This document shows, piece after piece, positions 18,422 through 28,173 of a stretch of 64,000 nt of DNA (its first letter is position 1; each line of letters opens with the position of its first letter). Source of the DNA: Saprospiraceae bacterium (GTDB taxonomy: Bacteria > Bacteroidota > Bacteroidia > Chitinophagales > Saprospiraceae); NCBI GenBank assembly GCA_040401995.1, contig JBBANM010000030.1, positions 3,390 through 67,389 on the forward strand, read 5' to 3'. Below the pieces are notes generated by a model. It saw only the letters and a list, made by a program, of their open reading frames with translations. It did not search any database and had not been told where the DNA came from. The position numbers were made by a program, and so were the translations under genes.

Positions 18422-20100
18422 TATCGATTGATTACATTTTTGAAACGCGGTCTGCGCGGAGTGATATCGCCCAGTTTTTCCTTTTTCATTTTTTCGTAAT
18501 CCGAGTAGTTGCCTTCAAAAAACACCACTTCGGCGTTGTCTTCAAAAGCAATGATGTGGGTAGCCAAGCGGTCGATGAACCAACGATCGTGCGAGATCAC
18601 CAAGATACAACCAGCAAAACTTTCCAGCGCATCTTCCAATGCCCGCAAGGTATTGATATCGATATCATTGGTAGGTTCATCCAGCAGCAGTACGTTGCCG
18701 CCTTCGCGCAAAGTGATGGCCAGGTGAACGCGGTTGCGCTCCCCACCAGAAAGCACGCCTAATTTTTTCTGCTGGGCATCGCCACTGAAGTTGAATTTAC
18801 TGATGTAAGCACGTGAATTGACGGTGGCTTTGCCCACGGTAATCATGTCCTGCCCTTCAGAAATAACGTCGTACACCGATTTATTCACATTTTGTAAATC
18901 GGCGTGCGACTGATCAACATACGACAACTGCACAGTTTCGCCGACGGCTACTTCCCCGCTATCCGGTTGTTCCTGCCCCATGATGATACGGAACATGGTA
19001 CTTTTTCCAACCCCGTTGGGTCCAATGATACCCACTACCGCGTTTTTTGGAATCGAGATATTGAGGTCTTCAAACAGTACACGGTTGCCAAACGCTTTGT
19101 TGACGTGTTTGAGGTCGATCACATTGTCGCCCAAACGCGGCCCAGGAGGAATAAAAAGTTCCAATTTGGCTTCCTTTTCTTTGCCTTCCTCTTCCGCCAT
19201 TTTTTCATAAGCCCCCAAACGTGCCTTACCTTTTGCCTGACGTGCTTTTGGGGCCATGCGAATCCATTCGAGCTCGCGCTCTAAGGTTTTGCGGCGTTTG
19301 GATTCCGTTTTTTCTTCTTGCTCAAGGCGTTTGGCTTTTTGCTCCAACCATGAAGAATAGTTACCTTGCCAAGGAATGCCTTCCCCGCGATCCAATTCCA
19401 AAATCCATCCAGCAACGTTGTCGAGGAAGTAACGGTCGTGCGTTACCGCGATTACAGTACCCGGGAAATTTTGCAAATATTGCTCCAACCAGTCCACCGA
19501 TTCGGCATCCAAGTGGTTGGTAGGTTCATCCAAAAGCAAAATATCGGGATTGCTCAAAAGCAGCCGGCAAAGCGCCACCCGGCGACGTTCGCCACCTGAA
19601 AGCACTTTAATCGAGGCGTCGCCTTCCGGGCAACGCAAGGCTTCCATTGCGGTTTCCAAACGGTGATCCAGCTCCCAAGCATTGTTATTTTCCAGCGCTT
19701 CCATCAACTCGCCTTGGCGGTCGATGAGGCGCATCATCTCATCATCTTCGAGGGGTTCGCAGAGTTTGAGGTTGATTTCTTCGTATTCTTTGAGTTGATC
19801 CACTACATCCTGTACGGCTTCCTCTACGATTTGGCGTACGGTTTTGGTTTCGTCAAGCATAGGCTCTTGCTCCAAAAAACCAATTTTGTAAGACCCATCA
19901 AAGTTGATTTTGCCTTGATAATTGGGCTCTAAGCCGGCAATGATTTTCAGCAGGGTCGATTTACCAGAACCGTTAAGACCCAGTACGCCGATTTTAGCGC
20001 CATAAAAAAAGGATAACCAAATGTTTTTAAGAACCTGTTTGGTAGGGGGGTAAGTTTTGGTAACCCCCTCCATTGAAAAGATAATTTTTTCTCCGGCCAT
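18421..20100 (-). CDS. ettA: Energy-dependent translational throttle protein (ABC-F ATPase)
   Basis: 'MAGEKIIFSMEGVTKTYPPTKQVLKNIWLSFFYGAKIGVLGLNGSGKSTLLKIIAG', with two ABC cassettes. The ATG at 20100 is preferred over 20136. Confidence 0.9.
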   Translation of the reverse strand: MAGEKIIFSMEGVTKTYPPTKQVLKNIWLSFFYGAKIGVLGLNGSGKSTLLKIIAGLEPNYQGKINFDGSYKIGFLEQEPMLDETKTVRQIVEEAVQDVVDQLKEYEEINLKLCEPLEDDEMMRLIDRQGELMEALENNNAWELDHRLETAMEALRCPEGDASIKVLSGGERRRVALCRLLLSNPDILLLDEPTNHLDAESVDWLEQYLQNFPGTVIAVTHDRYFLDNVAGWILELDRGEGIPWQGNYSSWLEQKAKRLEQEEKTESKRRKTLERELEWIRMAPKARQAKGKARLGAYEKMAEEEGKEKEAKLELFIPPGPRLGDNVIDLKHVNKAFGNRVLFEDLNISIPKNAVVGIIGPNGVGKSTMFRIIMGQEQPDSGEVAVGETVQLSYVDQSHADLQNVNKSVYDVISEGQDMITVGKATVNSRAYISKFNFSGDAQQKKLGVLSGGERNRVHLAITLREGGNVLLLDEPTNDIDINTLRALEDALESFAGCILVISHDRWFIDRLATHIIAFEDNAEVVFFEGNYSDYEKMKKEKLGDITPRRPRFKNVINR

Positions 20101-20335
20101 ATTGCAAATTGTTGGGAATGTTGAAAATGAACTCAAATATTAATACGCATTGGGATTTTTATTTGTACATCAAAAAAAATCCGAACCCGCTCTTACTTGT
20201 GGCGGGTAAATATCGGGATTTTGCTTTGAATGATAAAGACGTTTTTGCTTTTAATCGTTTTTCTTTTGGCTGGCGCGTATTTTGTATTTTTGCGCACGTC
20301 TTCCCAGGTATTGAGGAACGGTCAAACAAACGAAT

Positions 20336-21217
20336 ATGAACCAAAGACTACGCATTTTTACATGGTTACTGCTCATTCTTGGGTTGAATGGCTGTGTAAG
20401 TAATAAAAAAGTAGCGGCATTGACTGCTAATTATCAGGCTGAAATTGGTCAGCTCAACGAGCAATTGCGCAATGCTCACGACGAGCTGTCGCGCCTGCAG
20501 ATCAAAATTGCCGAAAGTAAAGGCGCTAATGATGCGCTTTTACTGAGCCAAGACAAATACCTCAAACGCATCGATCAATTGGAAGATGAAATTGACGTAG
20601 CACAAAACAAAGCGGTGAATCAGCAATCTTCGCTGGGTGATGCCATCTCGCAACGGGAAAAAAAGATCAACGGCTTGGAACAACAGCTTGCGAGCGTGCG
20701 CGATGCCTTGAAACAACACGACACCGACAATGATAAACTGGCGCAAATGCTCCGCGATTCTTTCATAAATCTTTCTCCTGCCCAGTACAATATTGCCATT
20801 GAAGACGGACAAGTGGTGGTGGCTTTTACCGAATCGCTGTTGTTTCGCAACGGTGCGGCCAATAAATTAGAGCCTTTGGGCTTGGTATCGCTAGCGGTGT
20901 TGGCGCGGGTGCTCAATGCCAATCCGCGGGCTTTCATTCAGGTGGTTGGGCATGTTGATAATTTACCTGCTTCCCGCAAAAATCAAGACAGCTGGGATTT
21001 TACCGCTTTACGGGCCGCAGTGGTCGTTCGGCATTTGGTCAACAACTTGGAAATTCTTCCCAACCGCGTTTTGGCTGGCGGAAAAGGTGAATTTGATCCC
21101 GCTACTTCCAATGAAACCAGCGAAGGGCAATCGCGAAACCGCAGGGTAGAGTTCAATATTTTTTTCCAATCAGAGCAAGTGATCAAGCAAATCAAACAGC
21201 TTACCGATCGTAAGTAA
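20336..21217 (+). CDS. OmpA/MotB-family protein with N-terminal coiled coil
   Basis: 293 aa. Lipoprotein-like signal 'LLILGLNGC', a heptad-rich region, and a C-terminal OmpA motif 'NRRVEFNI'. Confidence 0.8.
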   Translation: MNQRLRIFTWLLLILGLNGCVSNKKVAALTANYQAEIGQLNEQLRNAHDELSRLQIKIAESKGANDALLLSQDKYLKRIDQLEDEIDVAQNKAVNQQSSLGDAISQREKKINGLEQQLASVRDALKQHDTDNDKLAQMLRDSFINLSPAQYNIAIEDGQVVVAFTESLLFRNGAANKLEPLGLVSLAVLARVLNANPRAFIQVVGHVDNLPASRKNQDSWDFTALRAAVVVRHLVNNLEILPNRVLAGGKGEFDPATSNETSEGQSRNRRVEFNIFFQSEQVIKQIKQLTDRK

Positions 21218-21302
21218 AAATTTAGCGAAAATTCGCTAAATTCTGTAAAAAGCCGTAGTTTCGGGGTGGAAATCGATTTTTTTAGAACCAATACCTACGG
21301 TC

Positions 21303-22487
21303 ATGATATTCAGTTTATCGGAAGAGCATTTGGCGGTACGCGAAGCCGCAAGAGAATTTGCGCAAAAAGAACTTAAGCCAGGCGTCATTGAGCGCGACTC
21401 CAAAATGGAATACCCCTATGAGCAAATACGCCGCATGGGCGAGCTGGGTTTTTTGGGGATGATGACCTCCCCCGAATATGGCGGCGGCGGAATGGATACG
21501 CTTTCCTATGTATTGGCCATGGAAGAAATCTCCAAAGTAGACAACTCCTGCTCGGTCATCATGTCGGTCAACAATTCTTTGGTTTGCTGGGGGATTGAAA
21601 CCTATGGCAATGAAGAGCAAAAAGCGAAATACCTTCCAAAGTTGGCCACTGGCGAATGGATTGGCTCATTTTGTCTTTCCGAGCCAGAAGCCGGAAGCGA
21701 CGCCACTAGTCAGCGCACAACTGCTGTTGACATGGGCGATTACTACCTACTTAATGGTACCAAAAACTGGATTACCAACGGCAGTACTTCGAAATTGCAC
21801 TTGGTTATCGCCCAAACCCATCCTGATCTAGGGCATCGCGGCATAAATTGCTTGATTGTTGAAGCAGACTCTCCGGGGATAGCCATTGGCGCCAAAGAAG
21901 ACAAATTAGGCATCCGCTCATCGGATACGCACTCCATCATGTACAGTGATGTTAAAGTACCCAAAAGCAATCGCATTGGCATCGACGGGTTTGGTTTCAA
22001 ATTTGCGATGTATACTCTAGCTGGTGGTCGTATCGGTATCGCTGCACAAGCTTTGGGTATTGCTGGTGGCGCCTATGAGCTGGCCGTAGCTTATGCAAAA
22101 CAACGAGAAACATTTGGCAAACCCATCAGTCAGCACCAAGCCATCGCTTTCAAATTGGCGGACATGGCGACGGAGATTGAAGCAGCCAAATTGATGGTTT
22201 ACCGCGCAGCCTGGTTGAAAGACCAACACATGGATTATACTAGCGCCGGAGCAATGGCCAAATTGTTTGCTTCGGAAGTAGCGATGCGCCATACCGTTGA
22301 GGCGGTACAAATACATGGCGGGTATGGTTTTGTAAAAGAATACCATGTGGAGCGCCTGATGCGCGATGCCAAGATTACGCAGATTTACGAGGGCACTAGC
22401 GAGGTGCAACGCATCGTTATCTCCCGGGAGTTGTTGAGTAATCATCTGTATTTGCCAATTGAGGAAGCTGTTGGTACCGCGCATTAA
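21303..22487 (+). CDS. Acyl-CoA dehydrogenase (short/branched-chain type)
   Basis: 394 aa. 'CLSEPEAGSDA', 'QIHGGYGFVKEYHVERLMRDAKITQIYEGTSEVQR'. Confidence 0.9.
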   Translation: MIFSLSEEHLAVREAAREFAQKELKPGVIERDSKMEYPYEQIRRMGELGFLGMMTSPEYGGGGMDTLSYVLAMEEISKVDNSCSVIMSVNNSLVCWGIETYGNEEQKAKYLPKLATGEWIGSFCLSEPEAGSDATSQRTTAVDMGDYYLLNGTKNWITNGSTSKLHLVIAQTHPDLGHRGINCLIVEADSPGIAIGAKEDKLGIRSSDTHSIMYSDVKVPKSNRIGIDGFGFKFAMYTLAGGRIGIAAQALGIAGGAYELAVAYAKQRETFGKPISQHQAIAFKLADMATEIEAAKLMVYRAAWLKDQHMDYTSAGAMAKLFASEVAMRHTVEAVQIHGGYGFVKEYHVERLMRDAKITQIYEGTSEVQRIVISRELLSNHLYLPIEEAVGTAH

Positions 22488-22636
22488 AACAATCAAGGCT
22501 TAAAAAAGTAGACTTGTGCAATTAGGTGGAGGAAATTCATTCAACTCTCTTCATTTATTCTTGTTTATTTATCTTGGCAGCTCCATTTTCAGAGTGTGTT
22601 TGGATTTTTTTATCATGCTGCTTTAAAAATAATTGA

Positions 22637-23779
22637 ATGAAGGGCTCCTTCACGATTGCTCGATTGTTTAGAATTCCGGTTAAGATTCACTGGAGTTTCA
22701 GTCTTATATTTTTGTACTTGGGTTACATTGGCTATACCGAATCTTGGGATACGCCAACCATTGTGATTTCAGTTAGTATTGTGCTGTCGCTTTTTGTGTG
22801 CGTTGTGCTGCACGAGTTTGGGCACGCGCTCACTGCTCGCTTGTACGGGGTACAAACCCGCGACATCATCCTATCCCCCATTGGCGGCGTTGCAAGATTG
22901 GATCATTTGCCAGAAAAACCCTGGCAGGAATTCATGGTAGCAGTAGCCGGCCCAATGGTAAATGTGGTAATTGCCGCCTTGCTATCGATTCGCTATTTCG
23001 CCTTTCCATTGGACATTCGCATACGTTTGTTCAACGGCCTGATGCATCCGAATAGCAATACATTTTTGCCCAATTTATCGCAGTTTGATTTTTTCCTGAT
23101 CATCCTGTTGTTTTTGAATGTTACTTTGGCTTTGTTCAATTTGCTACCCGCCTTCCCAATGGACGGCGGAAGAATTCTGCGGGCACTGTTGTCGCTGCCT
23201 TTGGGTCGCTTGCGGGCTACGCACTTGGCGGCGCGCATTGGTCAAGCAATGGCCATCATGATCATTTTGGTGGGCATTTTTTACCGCCCAAGTTTGACGT
23301 ATGTTTTGGTAGGAGCTTTTGTTTTTGTCACGGCTGGCAATGAGTATCGAATGGTCTACATTGAAAGTTTGCTAGAAGATTACAAGGTCAATGCATTGTT
23401 GCGAGGGCAATTTACCCGAGTTTATGCCACCGATCAGTTGAGTGTGTTATTGCCAGTGTTACATTCAGGGGTAGAAAAAAACTTTTTGGTTTTTGATCAA
23501 TGGCAAAATTTGGTAGGCGTGTTGCCCGAATACCGCATCCTTGATGCACAACGCAAGAATGATACAACCGCGTTGGTAAGTAAATACATGCTTCCTGAGC
23601 TTAACCCATTGCTGGGAAGCGAATCTTTGCGCCATGCCTTTTATACCCTCCAATCTTCAAATGTAGGGGCTTCTCCGGTTTACAACCAATTCAATCGCCT
23701 GATTGGCATGGTTGATGCCCGTGAAATGACTTCTTTTTTGAAGTCTAAAACCCGGAAATTGTGGTGGAAGAGGGCTTAA
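22637..23779 (+). CDS. M50 site-2 protease family membrane metalloprotease with C-terminal CBS-like region
   Basis: 380 aa. 'HEFGHALTAR' and 'NLLPAFPMDGGRILRA'. The stop TAA (23777-23779) coincides with a MITE target-site duplication. Confidence 0.85.
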   Translation: MKGSFTIARLFRIPVKIHWSFSLIFLYLGYIGYTESWDTPTIVISVSIVLSLFVCVVLHEFGHALTARLYGVQTRDIILSPIGGVARLDHLPEKPWQEFMVAVAGPMVNVVIAALLSIRYFAFPLDIRIRLFNGLMHPNSNTFLPNLSQFDFFLIILLFLNVTLALFNLLPAFPMDGGRILRALLSLPLGRLRATHLAARIGQAMAIMIILVGIFYRPSLTYVLVGAFVFVTAGNEYRMVYIESLLEDYKVNALLRGQFTRVYATDQLSVLLPVLHSGVEKNFLVFDQWQNLVGVLPEYRILDAQRKNDTTALVSKYMLPELNPLLGSESLRHAFYTLQSSNVGASPVYNQFNRLIGMVDAREMTSFLKSKTRKLWWKRA

Positions 23780-23936
23780 GGAACGGGTGAATAATAAAGT
23801 GTTATTTTAGCCGCAGTTATTTTGCCGCCAATCGACTATCTTTTGAGGCGCAATGTGGGGCATTGCAACGAAAAAGATAGGAAGAGTGGCGGTGAAAGAC
23901 CAAGGCAAAAGTGATACTTTATTGTTTACCCGTTCC
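23780..23936 (+). mobile_element. 157-bp MITE copy 2 (forward orientation, apical subfamily B)
   Basis: 'ggaacgggtgaataataaagtg...ctttattgtttacccgttcc'. It is flanked by 'taa' at 23777-23779 and 'taa' at 23937-23939. Confidence 0.85.
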
Positions 23937-23967
23937 TAAATTAAGCTAGTGATTTTTTCACAAAGAA

Positions 23968-24008
23968 CGGGCTGTTTTCAAATTTAATGAAAACAGCCCG
24001 CTTTTTTT
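23968..24008. terminator. Bidirectional terminator hairpin
   Basis: Stem 'cgggctgttttc' (23968-23979) pairs with 'gaaaacagcccg' (23989-24000), followed by 'cttttttt'. It lies between the convergent M50 gene and the 24026 gene. Confidence 0.65.
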
Positions 24009-24025
24009 CAACTCTTTTCAGCTTT

Positions 24026-24484
24026 TTATTTTGCTACCCTTATCATTTCAGCATCGTTGAGGATGTACATCAATTGATTCACATCGTTGCTATTGAGTTC
24101 CAACTTGCCTTTGATGATGATGGCTTCGGTAGTGTACTTAATGGCGTCTTTAGCATACACCTCCATGACCGATTCTGGACCAGCGCCGCCACAGAAGAAA
24201 CACATGTTGTAAGGGAAAGCGGAAAAAACAAATTCTTTGCTCCCCTTATACCCCTCCACCGGGATGATGTACCCCTTAATTTCTACCAATTTTCCTTGTA
24301 AGTTTTTTATTTCTGGACTAAAAATGGGGACGTCCACTTTAAAACCCAGCATATCGTCGTACTGTTTTTTAAACGTGACTTTACCCAAAGTACTCCAAAG
24401 GCTTTTCGCATCTTGCGCATTCCCACTCGTAGCTATCGTCAGGAACAGGAATGAAATAAATCCCGCAAAAAATATTTTTTTCAT
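24026..24484 (-). CDS. Hypothetical secreted protein (possibly DUF3299-like)
   Basis: 152 aa with signal peptide 'MKKIFFAGFISFLFLTIATSGNAQ'. No motif I can assign firmly. Confidence 0.6.
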   Translation of the reverse strand: MKKIFFAGFISFLFLTIATSGNAQDAKSLWSTLGKVTFKKQYDDMLGFKVDVPIFSPEIKNLQGKLVEIKGYIIPVEGYKGSKEFVFSAFPYNMCFFCGGAGPESVMEVYAKDAIKYTTEAIIIKGKLELNSNDVNQLMYILNDAEMIRVAK

Positions 24485-24503
24485 GCTGTATGCTTTTTAT
24501 TAA

Positions 24504-24660
24504 GGAACGGGTGAATAATAAAGTGTCATTTTAGCCGCCGTTATTTTGCTGCCAATCGACTATCTTTTGAGGCGCAATGTGGGGCATTGCAACGAAAAAG
24601 ATAGGAAGAGTGGCGGTGAAAGAGCAAGGCAAAAGTGATACTTTATTGTTTACCCGTTCC
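24504..24660 (+). mobile_element. 157-bp MITE copy 3 (forward orientation, apical subfamily B)
   Basis: Nearly identical to copy 2. It is flanked by 'taa' at 24501-24503 and 'taa' at 24661-24663. Confidence 0.85.
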
Positions 24661-24690
24661 TAAGCTACTAAATTAAGCTTTTTTGGGTGC

Positions 24691-26070
24691 TTATCGCCTT
24701 TTTATAAACCTGCGTTTATTCCTTGACTTATTTCGCCCATTTTGTTCCTCTATTTCACCAAAAACGACATTCAAGCCCAACCTTACATTAGCTGAAATAT
24801 TATTGAGTTTGAACAATGCTGGCAGATTATCGGTAGCGCCAATAAGCTGTATGGGGCCGAGTTTTAGTTTAAAATTTGCCCCAAAATTATTGTACGCATT
24901 GTTGCGAATGGCGTAGATCCCGCCAATGGTTAAAGTTTCGCTTAAACGCATCGACGCACTCAATCCGATGGCCGGCGAAGTGATACCCCGATAACGGTCG
25001 CTGTACAACAATGCGCCCAATCGCCAGTTTTCTCCAAGATTAAAAGCGGCGCTCAAATAAGCCGTAAGCGGTAGAGATGTAATGTACGGAGATTGGGTTT
25101 GCACCACTTTCACCTTGGCTTCCAAGGTGTCAACTATTTTATTGAGGTTAAAACTGTCTTTGAATATTTTCGGAAAAATGTCCAAGCCATCATAGTTATA
25201 ATTTCCCCTTACGGTTAGATTGGAGACATTGTTTTGCCAACGAATGCTACCCAAATTCAGCACACTCCCCGAAATATCCAAGGGACCAAATTTACCTGAA
25301 AAACCAAAATCCAGCGCGTAGCCATAGTTGGAAGTCCAGGCACGACTGCCAGTAAAACCGCCAAAGTCGATTTTTGGCGTAAAACTGGAAAAGTTTTTGA
25401 ACCCCCAATCGCCAGTAGCATTCATGGCAAAATCGGATTGCAAACTGATTTGATAAACATCGCTGCTAGTCGTCAATCGCAAATCATTACGAATGGAAGA
25501 AACGTCGCCAAATCCATTTAAGACCTTAAATCGTGCGCCAAAAGTAAACATCGGGCTGGGTGAATAAGCCAATCCTAGGGCAATTTCATGATAGCCTTGG
25601 TTGACAAAATTGGGGGCAATTTGAATCGTTTGCCCAATAAATTGTGCATTGCCTTTCCAAGCCAATTGCGCCAATTCGCGGGGATATTGTACAAAAGAAT
25701 TGAACCGAATGGTATGCCCCGCCGAAAAAAACCACTTTCCAGCGCGTACGCCTATGCCAATTGTGCCTACGTCCAACCGGTTGCGGATGTAGTTTTGGGC
25801 AGCTAGTTTACTGATGGCATTGTCGATATTGAGTACGGTTTTTCCTTGAGCATTTTTCGATACCAAATCTCCGTACTGAAAACCGGTTGCTTGCGTGTAC
25901 CCATATACGCTAGGCAAGGCGATGGTCACTTTTTGATCGGGCAACAAGCTTGGATTGGTAAGATTGGCTTGCCAAGTTCCTTGCAAAAAATGGGAGCCGA
26001 GATCCAATTGTGCTTGCAATGAGGCCGAAAAATAAAACAGAATGCTTAAAGAAAGTAGCGTTCTTTTCAT
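24691..26070 (-). CDS. Putative outer-membrane beta-barrel protein (DUF5723-like)
   Basis: 459 aa with signal peptide 'LSILFYFSASLQAQ'. Alternating hydrophobic beta-strand pattern rich in G/S/N/F/Y, with a basic C-terminal tail. Confidence 0.65.
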   Translation of the reverse strand: MKRTLLSLSILFYFSASLQAQLDLGSHFLQGTWQANLTNPSLLPDQKVTIALPSVYGYTQATGFQYGDLVSKNAQGKTVLNIDNAISKLAAQNYIRNRLDVGTIGIGVRAGKWFFSAGHTIRFNSFVQYPRELAQLAWKGNAQFIGQTIQIAPNFVNQGYHEIALGLAYSPSPMFTFGARFKVLNGFGDVSSIRNDLRLTTSSDVYQISLQSDFAMNATGDWGFKNFSSFTPKIDFGGFTGSRAWTSNYGYALDFGFSGKFGPLDISGSVLNLGSIRWQNNVSNLTVRGNYNYDGLDIFPKIFKDSFNLNKIVDTLEAKVKVVQTQSPYITSLPLTAYLSAAFNLGENWRLGALLYSDRYRGITSPAIGLSASMRLSETLTIGGIYAIRNNAYNNFGANFKLKLGPIQLIGATDNLPALFKLNNISANVRLGLNVVFGEIEEQNGRNKSRNKRRFIKRR

Positions 26071-26172
26071 GGGTTTTGTGTTTAGTAAGCAGAAAAATTA
26101 ACTTTCCGATTTTGGGTTTTGAATAGGAAGTCGAACGGTTCATTTCAAGTGAGCTTCCTATTCAAAAGCTTA

Positions 26173-26329
26173 GGAACGGTTGAATAATAAATTACCACTT
26201 TACCCTTGCTCTTTCGCCGACACTCTTCCTATCTTTTTCGTTACAATGCTCCACATTGCGCCTCAAAAGATAGTCGATTGGCAACAAAATAGCGGCGGCT
26301 AAAATGTCAATTTATTAATCACCTGTTCC
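26173..26329 (-). mobile_element. 157-bp MITE copy 4 (reverse orientation, apical subfamily B)
   Basis: Reverse complement of the family consensus. It is flanked by 'tta' at 26170-26172 and 'tta' at 26330-26332. Confidence 0.8.
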
Positions 26330-26366
26330 TTATCAAAAAATCGGGAGTTAATTTTTTGCGTCATAG

Positions 26367-27902
26367 TTAGTTTGATTTTACGCCGACTATTGCGCCAACT
26401 TTTACTTTTACCAATTGATCAGCTAAGGCTCGTACTGCTTTACCTGGGTTACTCAATTCAGTAGAGAGCGACAAGGAAATTTGAACTTTTTTGGCTGCAC
26501 GAATTTTTTCAAAGCGTATGGAATCCACATTGGCAAAGGTAGTTTTGGTTATGCTGGTAGTCGCAATCCCTTGGGAATTGGCTGGCGCCCCTTGCAAAAG
26601 TCTTTGAGCGCCCATCAAAAGCGAGTCGATGGTTTTTCCTTTGGAGTCCAAGAAATAGGCTTGTACTGTAGCATCAAGGGGCAGCGCATTTTCCGTTACC
26701 ACTTTAAATTGTACTCGATCTACATTTTTAAGCTTACTCAAATCAAGCGCAACATCCGTTTTGTAGGCAAAATTGCTCACTCTACCATATAAGGGTAAGT
26801 CAACCAACACTTGGGCTAAGTAAAATCCATCGTCGGTTACAAAGCCTTTGATATTGCCATTCGGATTGGTTACGGCATCGATATTAAAAACGACCTTAAC
26901 GGGACTAGAACCAAGTAGATCGATAATATTGGAATTATTGCGGTCAAAAAAGAAGGTATCGTATTTTACTTTTCCGCGTTCACTAAGCAAAGGATAGGGC
27001 AAATCAATACCATTTGCAACGTAATCACTCACTAATTTAATCTGACTGCCATCAAAGTTGATTACCTGAAAGTCTTTGACAATTGTTTTTGCTGGCACGC
27101 CGAATGAATTTTGAAAATAGAACGTGGCCCGGGGGTCAGCAAATCTAAAATTACCCTGTAAGTAGCTTTTGAAAAAATCAATGCTAATGCTATCCTTACC
27201 TCCGGTGTAAACCAATGTGCCAAAAAAGCCCTCGGCGTAGCTAAATGCCAGATTTGAAAATTTGTAGATAAACAACTCAGGTTTGACGGTTTTTCCGCTG
27301 CTAGTTACGGCGGTATAATTGAGGTTGACCACACCTTTGTCGGGGATAAAAGCATATCCACTCATAGATACAGGAGCATTCTGATTGGTGCCAATTGGTT
27401 TTTGACCACTACCACTGTATGCTGGCACATCCTTAACAATGGTAAAAGGTTTGCCATTATTCAACAATTGCGGAATGGTGATGGTCACCTTAAGCGGTTC
27501 GTTGGAAGGGTTTTCAAAATAATAAACAAAATCGCCTGATTTCATATCAACCCGATCCAGCCTTACACCGGTTGGCAAAGAAAAAGGCAACTCCAAACTA
27601 GGAGACAATGCTGGGATGATAGGCGGAATTGAATTTCCGATGGTGGAAAACACTTCATTGCTGGTGCGCTTGATGATGTCACCACGATACTGAAACCGAA
27701 TTGAACCGTTGGGGTTAATGAAGACATCTTTTAAATTGGCAACATTATTGATGATTTCCCGTGCCGTCGTTTCGGTATTGATAATCGAAAAGGCCAAATC
27801 GCTTTGATAGTTGAGCGGCTCAACATCTTTTAAATCTTTAATTTGTTGACATCCTAGTAGGGATAATAAAAACAGAATCCACAGCGTACTGGTAATCTTC
27901 AT
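26367..27902 (-). CDS. Hypothetical lipoprotein
   Basis: Lipobox 'MKITSTLWILFLLSLLGCQQ' from the ATG at 27902 (the ORF extends to 27998). About 510 aa, beta-rich, family not recognised. Confidence 0.65.
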   Translation of the reverse strand: MKITSTLWILFLLSLLGCQQIKDLKDVEPLNYQSDLAFSIINTETTAREIINNVANLKDVFINPNGSIRFQYRGDIIKRTSNEVFSTIGNSIPPIIPALSPSLELPFSLPTGVRLDRVDMKSGDFVYYFENPSNEPLKVTITIPQLLNNGKPFTIVKDVPAYSGSGQKPIGTNQNAPVSMSGYAFIPDKGVVNLNYTAVTSSGKTVKPELFIYKFSNLAFSYAEGFFGTLVYTGGKDSISIDFFKSYLQGNFRFADPRATFYFQNSFGVPAKTIVKDFQVINFDGSQIKLVSDYVANGIDLPYPLLSERGKVKYDTFFFDRNNSNIIDLLGSSPVKVVFNIDAVTNPNGNIKGFVTDDGFYLAQVLVDLPLYGRVSNFAYKTDVALDLSKLKNVDRVQFKVVTENALPLDATVQAYFLDSKGKTIDSLLMGAQRLLQGAPANSQGIATTSITKTTFANVDSIRFEKIRAAKKVQISLSLSTELSNPGKAVRALADQLVKVKVGAIVGVKSN

Positions 27903-28173
27903 TTGTTTGGGATTGAGAGCAATGAAAAAATGAACCATGAATGTGTTCAAAGCATTAAACGTTTTTTTAACGACAAAGGGTGTAATTTCGTCCTTCAAAA
28001 ATATTTGTTATTGAAATATCATTTGTTGACATGAAGGTCGTAACTCGTTTCACCTTTTATTTCGATAGGAAAGCAGTAATATTCATTCAGCAAATATTTT
28101 GTACAGGAAAAAACAGTAACTTAAATCTGTTTTTTAATTTTTATACTTCTGCACGATAAGAGTTGTAGCACTT

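Noticed and set aside
18388-18762. 124-aa plus-strand ORF overlapping the 3' end of ettA
   Set aside because: It starts inside the bidirectional terminator hairpin and runs antisense to the strongly conserved EttA C-terminus.
23780-26329. The repeated ~157-bp units as a CRISPR array
   Set aside because: The repeats are far too long and lie 0.5-1.5 kb apart with genes between them. They occur in both orientations and carry target-site duplications, and no cas genes are present.
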